In this document: piece after piece, positions 47,516 to 54,989 of the stretch
Layout: every line of letters starts with the position of its first letter
How positions within the stretch are numbered: position 1 is the first letter of the stretch
Assembly (NCBI GenBank): GCA_016235085.1
Contig: JACRMA010000016.1
Location: 10,425-74,424 of the forward strand
DNA length: 64,000 nt
Source of the DNA: Candidatus Zixiibacteriota bacterium
GTDB lineage: Bacteria > Zixibacteria > MSB-5A5 > WJJR01
Reading direction: 5' to 3'
Made by a program: the position numbers and the translations under genes
The notes under the pieces: model-generated
The model's input: only the letters and a program-made list of their open reading frames with translations
Databases searched by the model: none
Told to the model about the DNA's origin: nothing

Positions 47516-47770
47516 GCCCGATCATAATCGGGACCTTCACAGTGCTATGGCGAACGATTCACAATTAACCTGTGGCGGTCAGTTGCCACAATGCAGATCG
47601 GTGGATTGGTTACCGGTGGGATTGGCGTGCGGGGAGTGAAAAAGACCCGTGAGAACGCTACTTCAGCGAACGTCCAAGAGAATGACCGTCTGGGAGGGCA
47701 GGGGTTCGAGCAATTTCCCCGCAGGCACGCTGGAGAACGCTCGTATCACTTTGTCGTGCAAAAAATTACA

Positions 47771-47915
47771 GCGGAGAGGCCGGAATTCGCAACCGACGTT
47801 TTCTAGTAACCCCTTGAATCTCTTGTAATTGCATGAACTTCAAGCACTTTGACGTGTTCGCTTGCGTCAACTTCCGACAACTTGCGTCGAGTTTCTTCAA
47901 CTTCCGTGCACTTGT
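47771..47915. repeat. tRNA-Ser 3'-end-like fragment fused to ~110-nt conserved repeat, copy C
   Basis: CGGAGAGGCCGGAATTCG (17/18 match to the tRNA-Ser 3' end), then CCCCTTGAATCTCTTGTAATTGCATG ... CGTCGAGTTTCTTCAACTTCCGTGCACTTGT. Confidence 0.8.
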
Positions 47916-48508
47916 ACCAGGATATAAATCGAGGCGAGATCGTTGATACGGTCAGACCCGGCGTAGGCATCCTTCGATATCGGATAGAGTTCAAGACCTT
48001 TCTTTCCTTCGCGGATTGCATCTTCCTTCCGACCCAGGCCTGCATAGACGATTCCCAGCGCACTGTGAATGCGATGATCTCCAGGACGCTTCCTGAGTTC
48101 ACCATCCAGGAGCACCAGCGCGGTATCAAAGTACGCACGCGCACGGATATAGTCTTTCATGTAGTGGCAGATCAGCGCTGTGGATTGAGCTTTGGGGACA
48201 AAAGTTGTCTGATCCGGATCGGGAATGGGAGGCAAGTCTGCAAGGGCATTGATGGCACCTTGAAAGTCCCGTTCCAAAGTGAGGAGCCACGCCCATCTTA
48301 GATGTGCTGCCGTTTCATCCTGTTGTGGAAGTGATGCCAAGACGACCCAGGCGGCTGCCGTATCGCCTCGAGACTTCACAAGATTGTCTACCTTGAACAG
48401 ATACCCATTCAGTGCATCCGGACTCATTGACATGAGAAGGTCACAGTACTTGCTCGCCGTCGGGTAGTCCCTGATGAGCTCGTAAGTCGAGGCAAGTTCC
48501 ATGGCCAT
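47897..48508 (-). CDS. TPR-repeat domain; probable frameshifted C-terminal part of the upstream Ser/Thr kinase gene
   Basis: Canonical TPR repeats. The reading frame stays open upstream through the kinase stop codon (…DPEILTAKAYIWRRQGKFRAAIENLSRILELNP…), so kinase and TPR are most likely a single gene separated by a -1/+2 shift near 48610-48650. Confidence 0.65.
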   Translation of the reverse strand: MAMELASTYELIRDYPTASKYCDLLMSMSPDALNGYLFKVDNLVKSRGDTAAAWVVLASLPQQDETAAHLRWAWLLTLERDFQGAINALADLPPIPDPDQTTFVPKAQSTALICHYMKDYIRARAYFDTALVLLDGELRKRPGDHRIHSALGIVYAGLGRKEDAIREGKKGLELYPISKDAYAGSDRINDLASIYILVQVHGS

Positions 48509-48603
48509 ATCTCCGTCTCTTGGATTCAGCTCGAGTATCCGAGACAGGTTCTCAATCGCGGCTCTGAATTTGCCCTGGCGCCGCCAAATGTACGCCTTGG
48601 CAG

Positions 48604-50247
48604 TCAGAATTTCTGGATCGCGGCCGCCTTGGCCTTGGCGAGGCGTTCCGGCGTAGGGTCAATGCCGTAATGGACCATCCCGGCGTGCGCTCGCGAGAGA
48701 CGGGCATAGGCCAGGGCAAAAGTGGAATCAAGGTCGACCGCTCGCTGAAACATCGCCAACGCCGACTCTACATTCCGTTGAAATCCCGAATTGGCTCCCC
48801 GACTGTAGTCCAGACCGCGCAGATACGCTTGGTACGCATCCAGATTTCGTGTCGGCATTGCCCCCAGAGCAGCTAGTTCCGGACTGATCAATGTGATATT
48901 CATCGCCTCGGCAATTCGAGTGGCTATGTCCGCCTGCACTGCAAAGATGTCGGTCAGCGGGCGCTGGTATGTCTCCGCCCACAGGTGCGTGTCATCGGAC
49001 ACCCGGATCAATTGTGGCAGAATCCGGACGCGACTGGTGTCGCGGCTGTTGTCCCAGAGAATCGTTCCTTCCAGAACATAATCGACGCCCAATTCCTTGG
49101 CGACCTCACGAAGGTTCTTCGTCGTGTTCTTGTACTGCATCGTACTGGTGCGTGAAATCACACCGAGCTCGCGGATCGCTGCCAGTCTTCCGGTGATCTC
49201 ATCGGTGATCCCGTCGGCGAAGTACTCTTGGTCCGGGGACCCCAGGTTCTCAAACGGCAAGACCGCCAGCATCTTGCGGTCCGCCGAGGATTTTGAATTC
49301 GGACCTTTGATAATGCGGGGCGCCAAGAATGCGATTGACATCGCCAGGATCGCGACTACGACCACACTGACGAGTGCGACAACAATCGATCGCTTTCTCG
49401 AGGGTCGTGCCGGACCAATTCCGGAGCTGCCCTGGCGTGCAAACTGCAATGCGCAAAGATCAGCCGCCAAGTCCGCAGCCGATTGGTACCGTTCGGCGGG
49501 CCGCTTGGCCAGACACTTGCTGACGATCCGCTGAAGCTCATCGGGGACGTCGGCCTTGTAGCGTTTCAGCGGCTCCGGGTGTTCGTGCATAATCGCATAG
49601 GCGATTGCCGCCTCGTGTTCCCCGGAGAATGGAAGCCTGCGGGCGATCGTCTCGTACAGCACGACACCAAAGCTGAACAGATCAGACCGGTGGTCTGCTT
49701 CCTTGGCTTGCGCCTGCTCCGGCGACATGTAGGCGGCCGTCCCGGTGGTCGATCCAGTCTGCGTGAGTTTCGCCGCCCCCTTGAGCTTGGCCAGTCCGAA
49801 GTCGAGAATCTTAAGATCACCCTGGTCGCTGACCAAGATGTTCGATGGCTTCAAGTCGCGGTGGACCACACCCGACCGGTGGGCTCTTTCCAGCCCGGCG
49901 ACAATGCGCATTGCCAGATGCAGAATCTCATCCAGCGTTGGATCCTTATCGCGGAGGTACTCGGGGAGTGTCCCCCCCTTGACATACTCCATCACAATGA
50001 AATCACGGTCATCAATTTCTTCGATCGAGTACACGGTCACGATGTTGGGGTGATTCAGCTGCGAGACCGCTTGCGCCTCCCGCAGCAGACGCGCTCTGGC
50101 CTCCGGGTCGTGCGACAAATTCGCAGGAAGAAACTTCAGCGCCACCCGGCGATTCAGCTTTGCGTCCGTAGCCAGATACACCTCGCCCATCCCGCCTTCG
50201 CCCAGCTTGGCGGTGATCTTGTAGTGGCTGATGGTTTGACCGATCAT
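48604..50247 (-). CDS. Ser/Thr protein kinase with TM segment and TolB-N-like/TPR sensor region (apparent frameshift before the TPR part)
   Basis: Hanks kinase motifs: GEGGMGEVYLATD, VALK, HRDLKPSNILV, DFGLA and SPEQ. TM helix IVVALVSVVVVAILAMSIAFL, then ILPFENLGSPDQEYFADGITDEITGRLA. Confidence 0.85.
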   Translation of the reverse strand: MIGQTISHYKITAKLGEGGMGEVYLATDAKLNRRVALKFLPANLSHDPEARARLLREAQAVSQLNHPNIVTVYSIEEIDDRDFIVMEYVKGGTLPEYLRDKDPTLDEILHLAMRIVAGLERAHRSGVVHRDLKPSNILVSDQGDLKILDFGLAKLKGAAKLTQTGSTTGTAAYMSPEQAQAKEADHRSDLFSFGVVLYETIARRLPFSGEHEAAIAYAIMHEHPEPLKRYKADVPDELQRIVSKCLAKRPAERYQSAADLAADLCALQFARQGSSGIGPARPSRKRSIVVALVSVVVVAILAMSIAFLAPRIIKGPNSKSSADRKMLAVLPFENLGSPDQEYFADGITDEITGRLAAIRELGVISRTSTMQYKNTTKNLREVAKELGVDYVLEGTILWDNSRDTSRVRILPQLIRVSDDTHLWAETYQRPLTDIFAVQADIATRIAEAMNITLISPELAALGAMPTRNLDAYQAYLRGLDYSRGANSGFQRNVESALAMFQRAVDLDSTFALAYARLSRAHAGMVHYGIDPTPERLAKAKAAAIQKF

Positions 50248-50495
50248 AATCGGGACCTACACCGCGCTATGTCGAACAACTGACAATTAACCTACGGGTG
50301 GCCGCCGCCACAACGCAGATTGGTCATTTGCCACGAACTGGATCGTGGAAGGGAGGGATGACAACTACTGTGACCACGCGCGTTCAGGATCGAGTCAGAC
50401 CCGAAAAAGGACGAAGGTCAGTGAGGGAGGCCTTCGGGCATGCTCCTCGCCGCGGACCGCGCGTGGCTGCAGTGATTTGAGGGTCAATTGGTTAG

Positions 50496-50582
50496 CGGAG
50501 AGGCCGGGATTCGAACCCGGGGGCGAGTTTCCCCGCCAACTGCTTAGCAGGCAGCTGCCTTCGGCCGCTCGGCCACCTCTCC
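50496..50582 (-). tRNA. tRNA-Ser (anticodon GCU), 87 nt with long variable arm
   Basis: Minus-strand sequence GGAGAGGTGGCCGAGCGGCCGAAGGCAGCTGCCTGCTAAGCAGTTGGCGGGGAAACTCGCCCCCGGGTTCGAATCCCGGCCTCTCCG. It has a 7-bp acceptor stem, the anticodon loop CUGCUAA, a long extra arm and a GTTCGAATC T-loop. CCA is not encoded. Confidence 0.9.
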
Positions 50583-50725
50583 TGGAACTATGGCAATCTT
50601 CGTTCCGGCTTCGGTGTTGTACACCGCATCCGTCCGGAGATCGTGGCGGAATGTAAGCGGCCAGAGGCGCACACTCAACCCAAAACTGGGCGGGTGAGCC
50701 TGGTGGGCGGAGCCCACCATACTAA

Positions 50726-51040
50726 CCAGTCCAGGGGGCTGAAAGGGCCTGTTGAAGAACTCGTCCCAAATGTCGCTGTAGTTGCGTCAGGGGGAGATTG
50801 CTTCGTCGCGCCCTCCGCCTTCGGCGGAGACGCTCCTCGCAACGACAACAGTGCCTTCGCACCGCCAACGACAAGTGTGATGTCGTTGCGAGGCGCGGCT
50901 CTTTGCGCCGAAGCAATCTCCCCCCTACACAACTGCCGACGCGTTTCGGGGGGCTTCTTCAACACGCCCCAAAGCCGGTTGTCCGCGAGCCTGAGGTTGC
51001 GGATGAACTCAGTTCAAGGGGCTGAAAGCCCCTTGTCCGC
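50726..51040. other. ~300-nt nested palindromic / long-hairpin element between ComB-like gene and tRNA-Ser
   Basis: Nested inverted repeats, from outside in. First, GGGGCTGAAAG (50732) with CAAGGGGCT-GAA-AGCCCCTTG (51008-51031). Second, GTTGAAGAA with TTCTTCAAC. Third, the 16-bp arms GGGGGAGATTGCTTCG (50788) and CGAAGCAATCTCCCCC (50916). Fourth, CCTCGCAACGACA with TGTCGTTGCGAGG, plus an internal CCGCC-TTCG-GCGG hairpin and a 33-nt terminal loop. Confidence 0.6.
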
Positions 51041-51062
51041 CAGGCTGGGGACGACGGACGAA

Positions 51063-51824
51063 TTAGTTTTGTGGAAATGGAGAGATAGGCGGTTCGGCGA
51101 CTATGCGGCCATCGCGGAGGATCGGGACGATGGGGACCGAGTCGATTGCGCCGCAGACTGAGAGGTCGGCGCCGAAGCCGATTTCGATCAGATAGATGCC
51201 ATGCTGCGATTGCCAGAGAGGCATCACCGGGTCGGACTTGTACTGGTCCCAGAGAACTTGAGCGGCACGTGCGCCGTCGTTGACCAGTTCCAACTCCGGG
51301 TCGGTTTCCCATAGCTTGCTGATAATCGCCCCCGCACCGACCGCATCTTCCAGCGAGAAGCCATTCTCCTTGCCCGCGCAGGCAATGAGTACAGGCTGAT
51401 CGTGTTGGACGATCGAGTGTGCGAGCGCGGAGACATTGACCAGTCCGCCGACCAGCACGGTCGCGTCCCTGGGGGCCGCCGTCAGTGCCACCGAACCGTT
51501 GGTCGAAGCAAAGATCAGAGTACGGCCACCGACTTTCTCGGTGGTGTACTCAGCCGGGGAATTGCCCAGATCGAATCCGTCGAGTTTGCGCCCGCCACGC
51601 TCTCCGCATAACATCGCATTCCGCATATCGGTGCGACCTAGCAGCACGCGTGCTGCCTCGATGTCGCCAACGGGAATCACCGATTCGGCGCCATGCGACA
51701 GGGCGGTGCAGATAACCGTTGACGCCCGAAGAATGTCGACGACGACGTAAGTAACCGGCCCGCCTTCGAAGAGCGACAACTCACGCGCCAGCGTGCCGGG
51801 GACCAGATTGACGGCGATGTGCAC
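51063..51824 (-). CDS. 2-phosphosulfolactate phosphatase (ComB) family protein
   Basis: ComB-family N-terminal motif VTYVVVDILRASTVICTALSHGAESVIPV. 253 aa, which is typical. Confidence 0.6.
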   Translation of the reverse strand: MHIAVNLVPGTLARELSLFEGGPVTYVVVDILRASTVICTALSHGAESVIPVGDIEAARVLLGRTDMRNAMLCGERGGRKLDGFDLGNSPAEYTTEKVGGRTLIFASTNGSVALTAAPRDATVLVGGLVNVSALAHSIVQHDQPVLIACAGKENGFSLEDAVGAGAIISKLWETDPELELVNDGARAAQVLWDQYKSDPVMPLWQSQHGIYLIEIGFGADLSVCGAIDSVPIVPILRDGRIVAEPPISPFPQN

Positions 51825-51827
51825 GGC

Positions 51828-52943
51828 TTACTTGTGGCTGGTGTTCTGCACGAACGGCGGTCTGATGATTGTGGCTGGGACCGCATTGCCGCGAATCACG
51901 ATGCCGATCGTCCCGCCGATCTTGCTGTGCTCGGTGGCGACATACCCCATGCCGATTCCCTTGTCGAGACTTGGCGAATGGGTTCCCGAAGTCACAACAC
52001 CGGCCACGGCTCCGTTGACCTGGATATCGCAGCCGTGACGGGGGATGGCTTTTTCATTGAGCGTGAACGCGACCAATTTGCGTTTGGAACCGCCCTGCTT
52101 CGCTGCCAGCACATGCTTACGGCCGATGAACTCGATTGGCTTGTCGGGTTTGACGACCCAGCCGAGACCGGCGTCGATGGGATTGGTGGTGTCGTCGATG
52201 TCGTTGCCATAAAGGGCGAATTTCATTTCAAGACGAAGCGTGTCGCGCGCCCCCAGACCAATCGGGAGGATGCCGAACTCTTTCCCCGCGGCCATCGCGG
52301 CATCCCAGCAGTCGAGCGCCATGTCGTTGGGCAGATAGATTTCGAATCCATCTTCGCCAGTGTAACCCGTCCGGGAGAAGACAACATTCTTCCCCATGAC
52401 CTTCCCCTCGGCGGCGTGGTAATATTTGATGGAAGCGAGGTCGAACTCCGCCATCCGCTTCATGACCGCCTCAGCCATGGGTCCCTGGATCGCGATCAGG
52501 GCGGTCTCGTCCGAACGGTTGGTCAGTTTCACTCCCGGCGGGCAGTGCTTCTGCAGCCAGGCAAAGTCTTTATCGAGATTCGCGGCGTTGACAACCAGCA
52601 GCGCCCGTCCTGGCAGATTGTAGATCAACAAATCATCGACGATGCCGCCGTCGTCGTTGAGCATCAGCGTGTACTGTGCCTGGAAAAACTGCAGCGATCC
52701 GACGTCGTTGGTGGTCATACGTTCGAGGAATTCGAGTGTGCCCGGTCCCTGGACCTCGAATTCGCCCATGTGGGAGAGATCGAAAATCCCCACGCTGTTG
52801 CGCACGGCGCGGTGCTCCGCAATGATGCTGGAGTACTGAATCGGCATGAGGTAGCCGGCAAAGGGCGCGATGCGCGCGCCAAGCGCCTCGTGACGGGCAA
52901 GCAGGGGAGTGGGTTTCGCGGTTGTGTCTGTATGTGTCGTCAT
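51828..52943 (-). CDS. gcvT: Glycine cleavage system aminomethyltransferase T
   Basis: PLLARHEALGARIAPFAGYLMPIQYSSIIAEHRAVRNSVGIFDLSHMGEFEV. Length 371 aa. Confidence 0.9.
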   Translation of the reverse strand: MTTHTDTTAKPTPLLARHEALGARIAPFAGYLMPIQYSSIIAEHRAVRNSVGIFDLSHMGEFEVQGPGTLEFLERMTTNDVGSLQFFQAQYTLMLNDDGGIVDDLLIYNLPGRALLVVNAANLDKDFAWLQKHCPPGVKLTNRSDETALIAIQGPMAEAVMKRMAEFDLASIKYYHAAEGKVMGKNVVFSRTGYTGEDGFEIYLPNDMALDCWDAAMAAGKEFGILPIGLGARDTLRLEMKFALYGNDIDDTTNPIDAGLGWVVKPDKPIEFIGRKHVLAAKQGGSKRKLVAFTLNEKAIPRHGCDIQVNGAVAGVVTSGTHSPSLDKGIGMGYVATEHSKIGGTIGIVIRGNAVPATIIRPPFVQNTSHK

Positions 52944-52976
52944 GATTCCCGTTGTCCTGGTTTGGAGATCATTCGC

Positions 52977-54902
52977 CTACGCATGCTTCTTCGTGTAATT
53001 GAGCAGACCGCCTTCAATCAACACCGCCCGGCTCGATGGCGAGAGATCGCATTTCAATTCGAAGGAGAATCCCTTCGTCTTGTTCGTGGCTTTGAGATTT
53101 CCGCCATTCTTGATCGTCTCGACCACATCGGCGATTTCGAGCACGTCACCCTGCGCAATCTTGTCGTAATCAGTGGGATTGGCGAATGTCAGCGGCGGGA
53201 TGCCGAAGTTGATCAGATTGGCGTAATGAATCCGCGCGAACGACTTGGTGATCACCGCGCGTACGCCGAGAAACATCGGCGCCAGCGCGGCGTGTTCACG
53301 CGAAGAACCCTGCCCGTAGTTGTCCCCGCCGACGATGATGCCGCCGCCTTTTTCCTTGGCGCGCTTGGGGAAAGTTGAGTCGACCCGCTCGAAAACGTAT
53401 TCGGAGATCGCGGGAATATTCGAGCGCAAAGGCAGGACTTTCGCTCCTGCCGGCATGATATGATCGGTTGTGATATTGTCGCCAACTTTGAGAAGAATCT
53501 CGCCGCTGATCGTTGGGGTCAATGGCTTCTGGATCGGCAGCGGCTTGATGTTGGGTCCGCGCAGAATCTCAACGGTGCTTCCGTTGGATGGCGCCTTGAT
53601 CACCATGGCATCATCAATGACGATCTCGGTCGGGAGCGTGATCTTGGGCTCTACTCCCAAATCGCGGGGATCGGTGATGACGCCGGTCAGCGCGCAGGCG
53701 GCGCACACCTGCGGCGACGCGAGATAGACATTGGCGTCCTTCGTACCGGAACGCCCCTCAAAGTTCCGGTTGAAGCTGCGGATCGACACGGCGCCCGATG
53801 ACGGCGCCTGCCCCATGCCGATGCAGGGACCGCAGGCCGACTCGATAATGCGTGTTCCGGCCGCAATCATATCGGTCAGCGCGCCAGTCTGTGAGATCGC
53901 CGTGAACACCTGCTTGGAACCGGGGGTTACGGTCATGCTAAGGTTCGGGTGGACATGCTTTCCTTTGAGAATGGCCGCAGTGACCGTCAAGTCGTACAAT
54001 GAGGAGTTCGTGCAGGACCCCACGCACACCTGATCCACCTTCAATCCGGCGACATCGCGCACCCGGACGACTTTGTCAGGTGAATGCGGCTGTGCCAGCA
54101 TCGGCTCGAGCTTCGACAGATCAATCGTGATTTCCTCATCGTACTTGGCATCAGGATCCGCGGCCAACGCCTTCCAGTCGGCTTCTCGTTTCTGGAGTGC
54201 GAGGTATTTCCGGGTGTTCTCGTCCGACGGGAAAACGGATGTGGTGGCTCCGAGTTCGGCGCCCATGTTTGTGATCGTGGCGCGTTCGGGGACTGTGAGT
54301 GTGGCCACACCTTCACCCGAATACTCCATGATCTTGCCAACCCCGCCCTTGACCGTCAATTGGCGCAGGACTTCAAGAATAACATCCTTGGCCGCGACCC
54401 AGGGCTGCAGCTTTCCTTTGAGATTAATGCGCACGACTTTCGGCATCGCCAGATGAAACGCGCCGCCGCCCATGGCGACCGCGACATCAAGACCGCCGGC
54501 GCCGATCGCCAGCATGCCGAGGCCACCGTTGGTGGGGGTGTGAGAATCGGAGCCGAGCAGTGTCTTGCCGGGCGCACCGAATCGTTCGAGGTGCACCTGA
54601 TGGCAGATGCCGTTGCCGGGACGTGAGAAGTCGATACCAAAACGCGCGGCCACCGACTGCAGGTAGCGATGATCGTCGGCATTCTCGAATCCGGCCTGAA
54701 GCATATTGTGATCGACGTAGGAAACAGAACGTTCGGTCTTCACCCGGTCGATTCCGAGCGCTTCGAATTGCAGGTAGGCCATCGTTCCGGTGGCATCCTG
54801 CGTCAGAGTCTGATCGATGCGAATCGCGATCGGCTGTCCTGCTTCGGGTTTTCCCTCGACAAGATGAGCCTCGATAATCTTTTGCGTAATGTTCTTTCCC
54901 AT
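52977..54902 (-). CDS. Aconitase family hydratase (mitochondrial-type aconitate hydratase-like, 641 aa)
   Basis: Aconitase Fe-S ligand regions (GSDSHTPTNGG, VGSCTNSS, CGPCIGMG) and a swivel-domain C-terminus (DNYGQGSSREHAALAPMFLGVRAVITKSFARIHYANLINFG). Start at MGKNITQ (ATG 54902) with a GGAGG RBS. Confidence 0.75.
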   Translation of the reverse strand: MGKNITQKIIEAHLVEGKPEAGQPIAIRIDQTLTQDATGTMAYLQFEALGIDRVKTERSVSYVDHNMLQAGFENADDHRYLQSVAARFGIDFSRPGNGICHQVHLERFGAPGKTLLGSDSHTPTNGGLGMLAIGAGGLDVAVAMGGGAFHLAMPKVVRINLKGKLQPWVAAKDVILEVLRQLTVKGGVGKIMEYSGEGVATLTVPERATITNMGAELGATTSVFPSDENTRKYLALQKREADWKALAADPDAKYDEEITIDLSKLEPMLAQPHSPDKVVRVRDVAGLKVDQVCVGSCTNSSLYDLTVTAAILKGKHVHPNLSMTVTPGSKQVFTAISQTGALTDMIAAGTRIIESACGPCIGMGQAPSSGAVSIRSFNRNFEGRSGTKDANVYLASPQVCAACALTGVITDPRDLGVEPKITLPTEIVIDDAMVIKAPSNGSTVEILRGPNIKPLPIQKPLTPTISGEILLKVGDNITTDHIMPAGAKVLPLRSNIPAISEYVFERVDSTFPKRAKEKGGGIIVGGDNYGQGSSREHAALAPMFLGVRAVITKSFARIHYANLINFGIPPLTFANPTDYDKIAQGDVLEIADVVETIKNGGNLKATNKTKGFSFELKCDLSPSSRAVLIEGGLLNYTKKHA

Positions 54903-54989
54903 TTGAGCCTCCATATATAAAGCGACGGCTACGATAATGGCCGCTCATGCGAGCATCAACCGAATTCGCCGGGTGTCTTCATTGTTGTG

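Noticed and set aside
50726-51040. Confident 6S RNA (ssrS) annotation
   Set aside because: The long-hairpin-with-bubble architecture is suggestive, but no conserved 6S sequence features can be verified by eye. It is kept only as a candidate.
51819-53378. 519-aa plus-strand ORF overlapping gcvT and the aconitase gene
   Set aside because: It is antisense to two genes with strong conserved motifs and has a low-complexity Arg/Gly/Asp-rich translation, so it is judged spurious.
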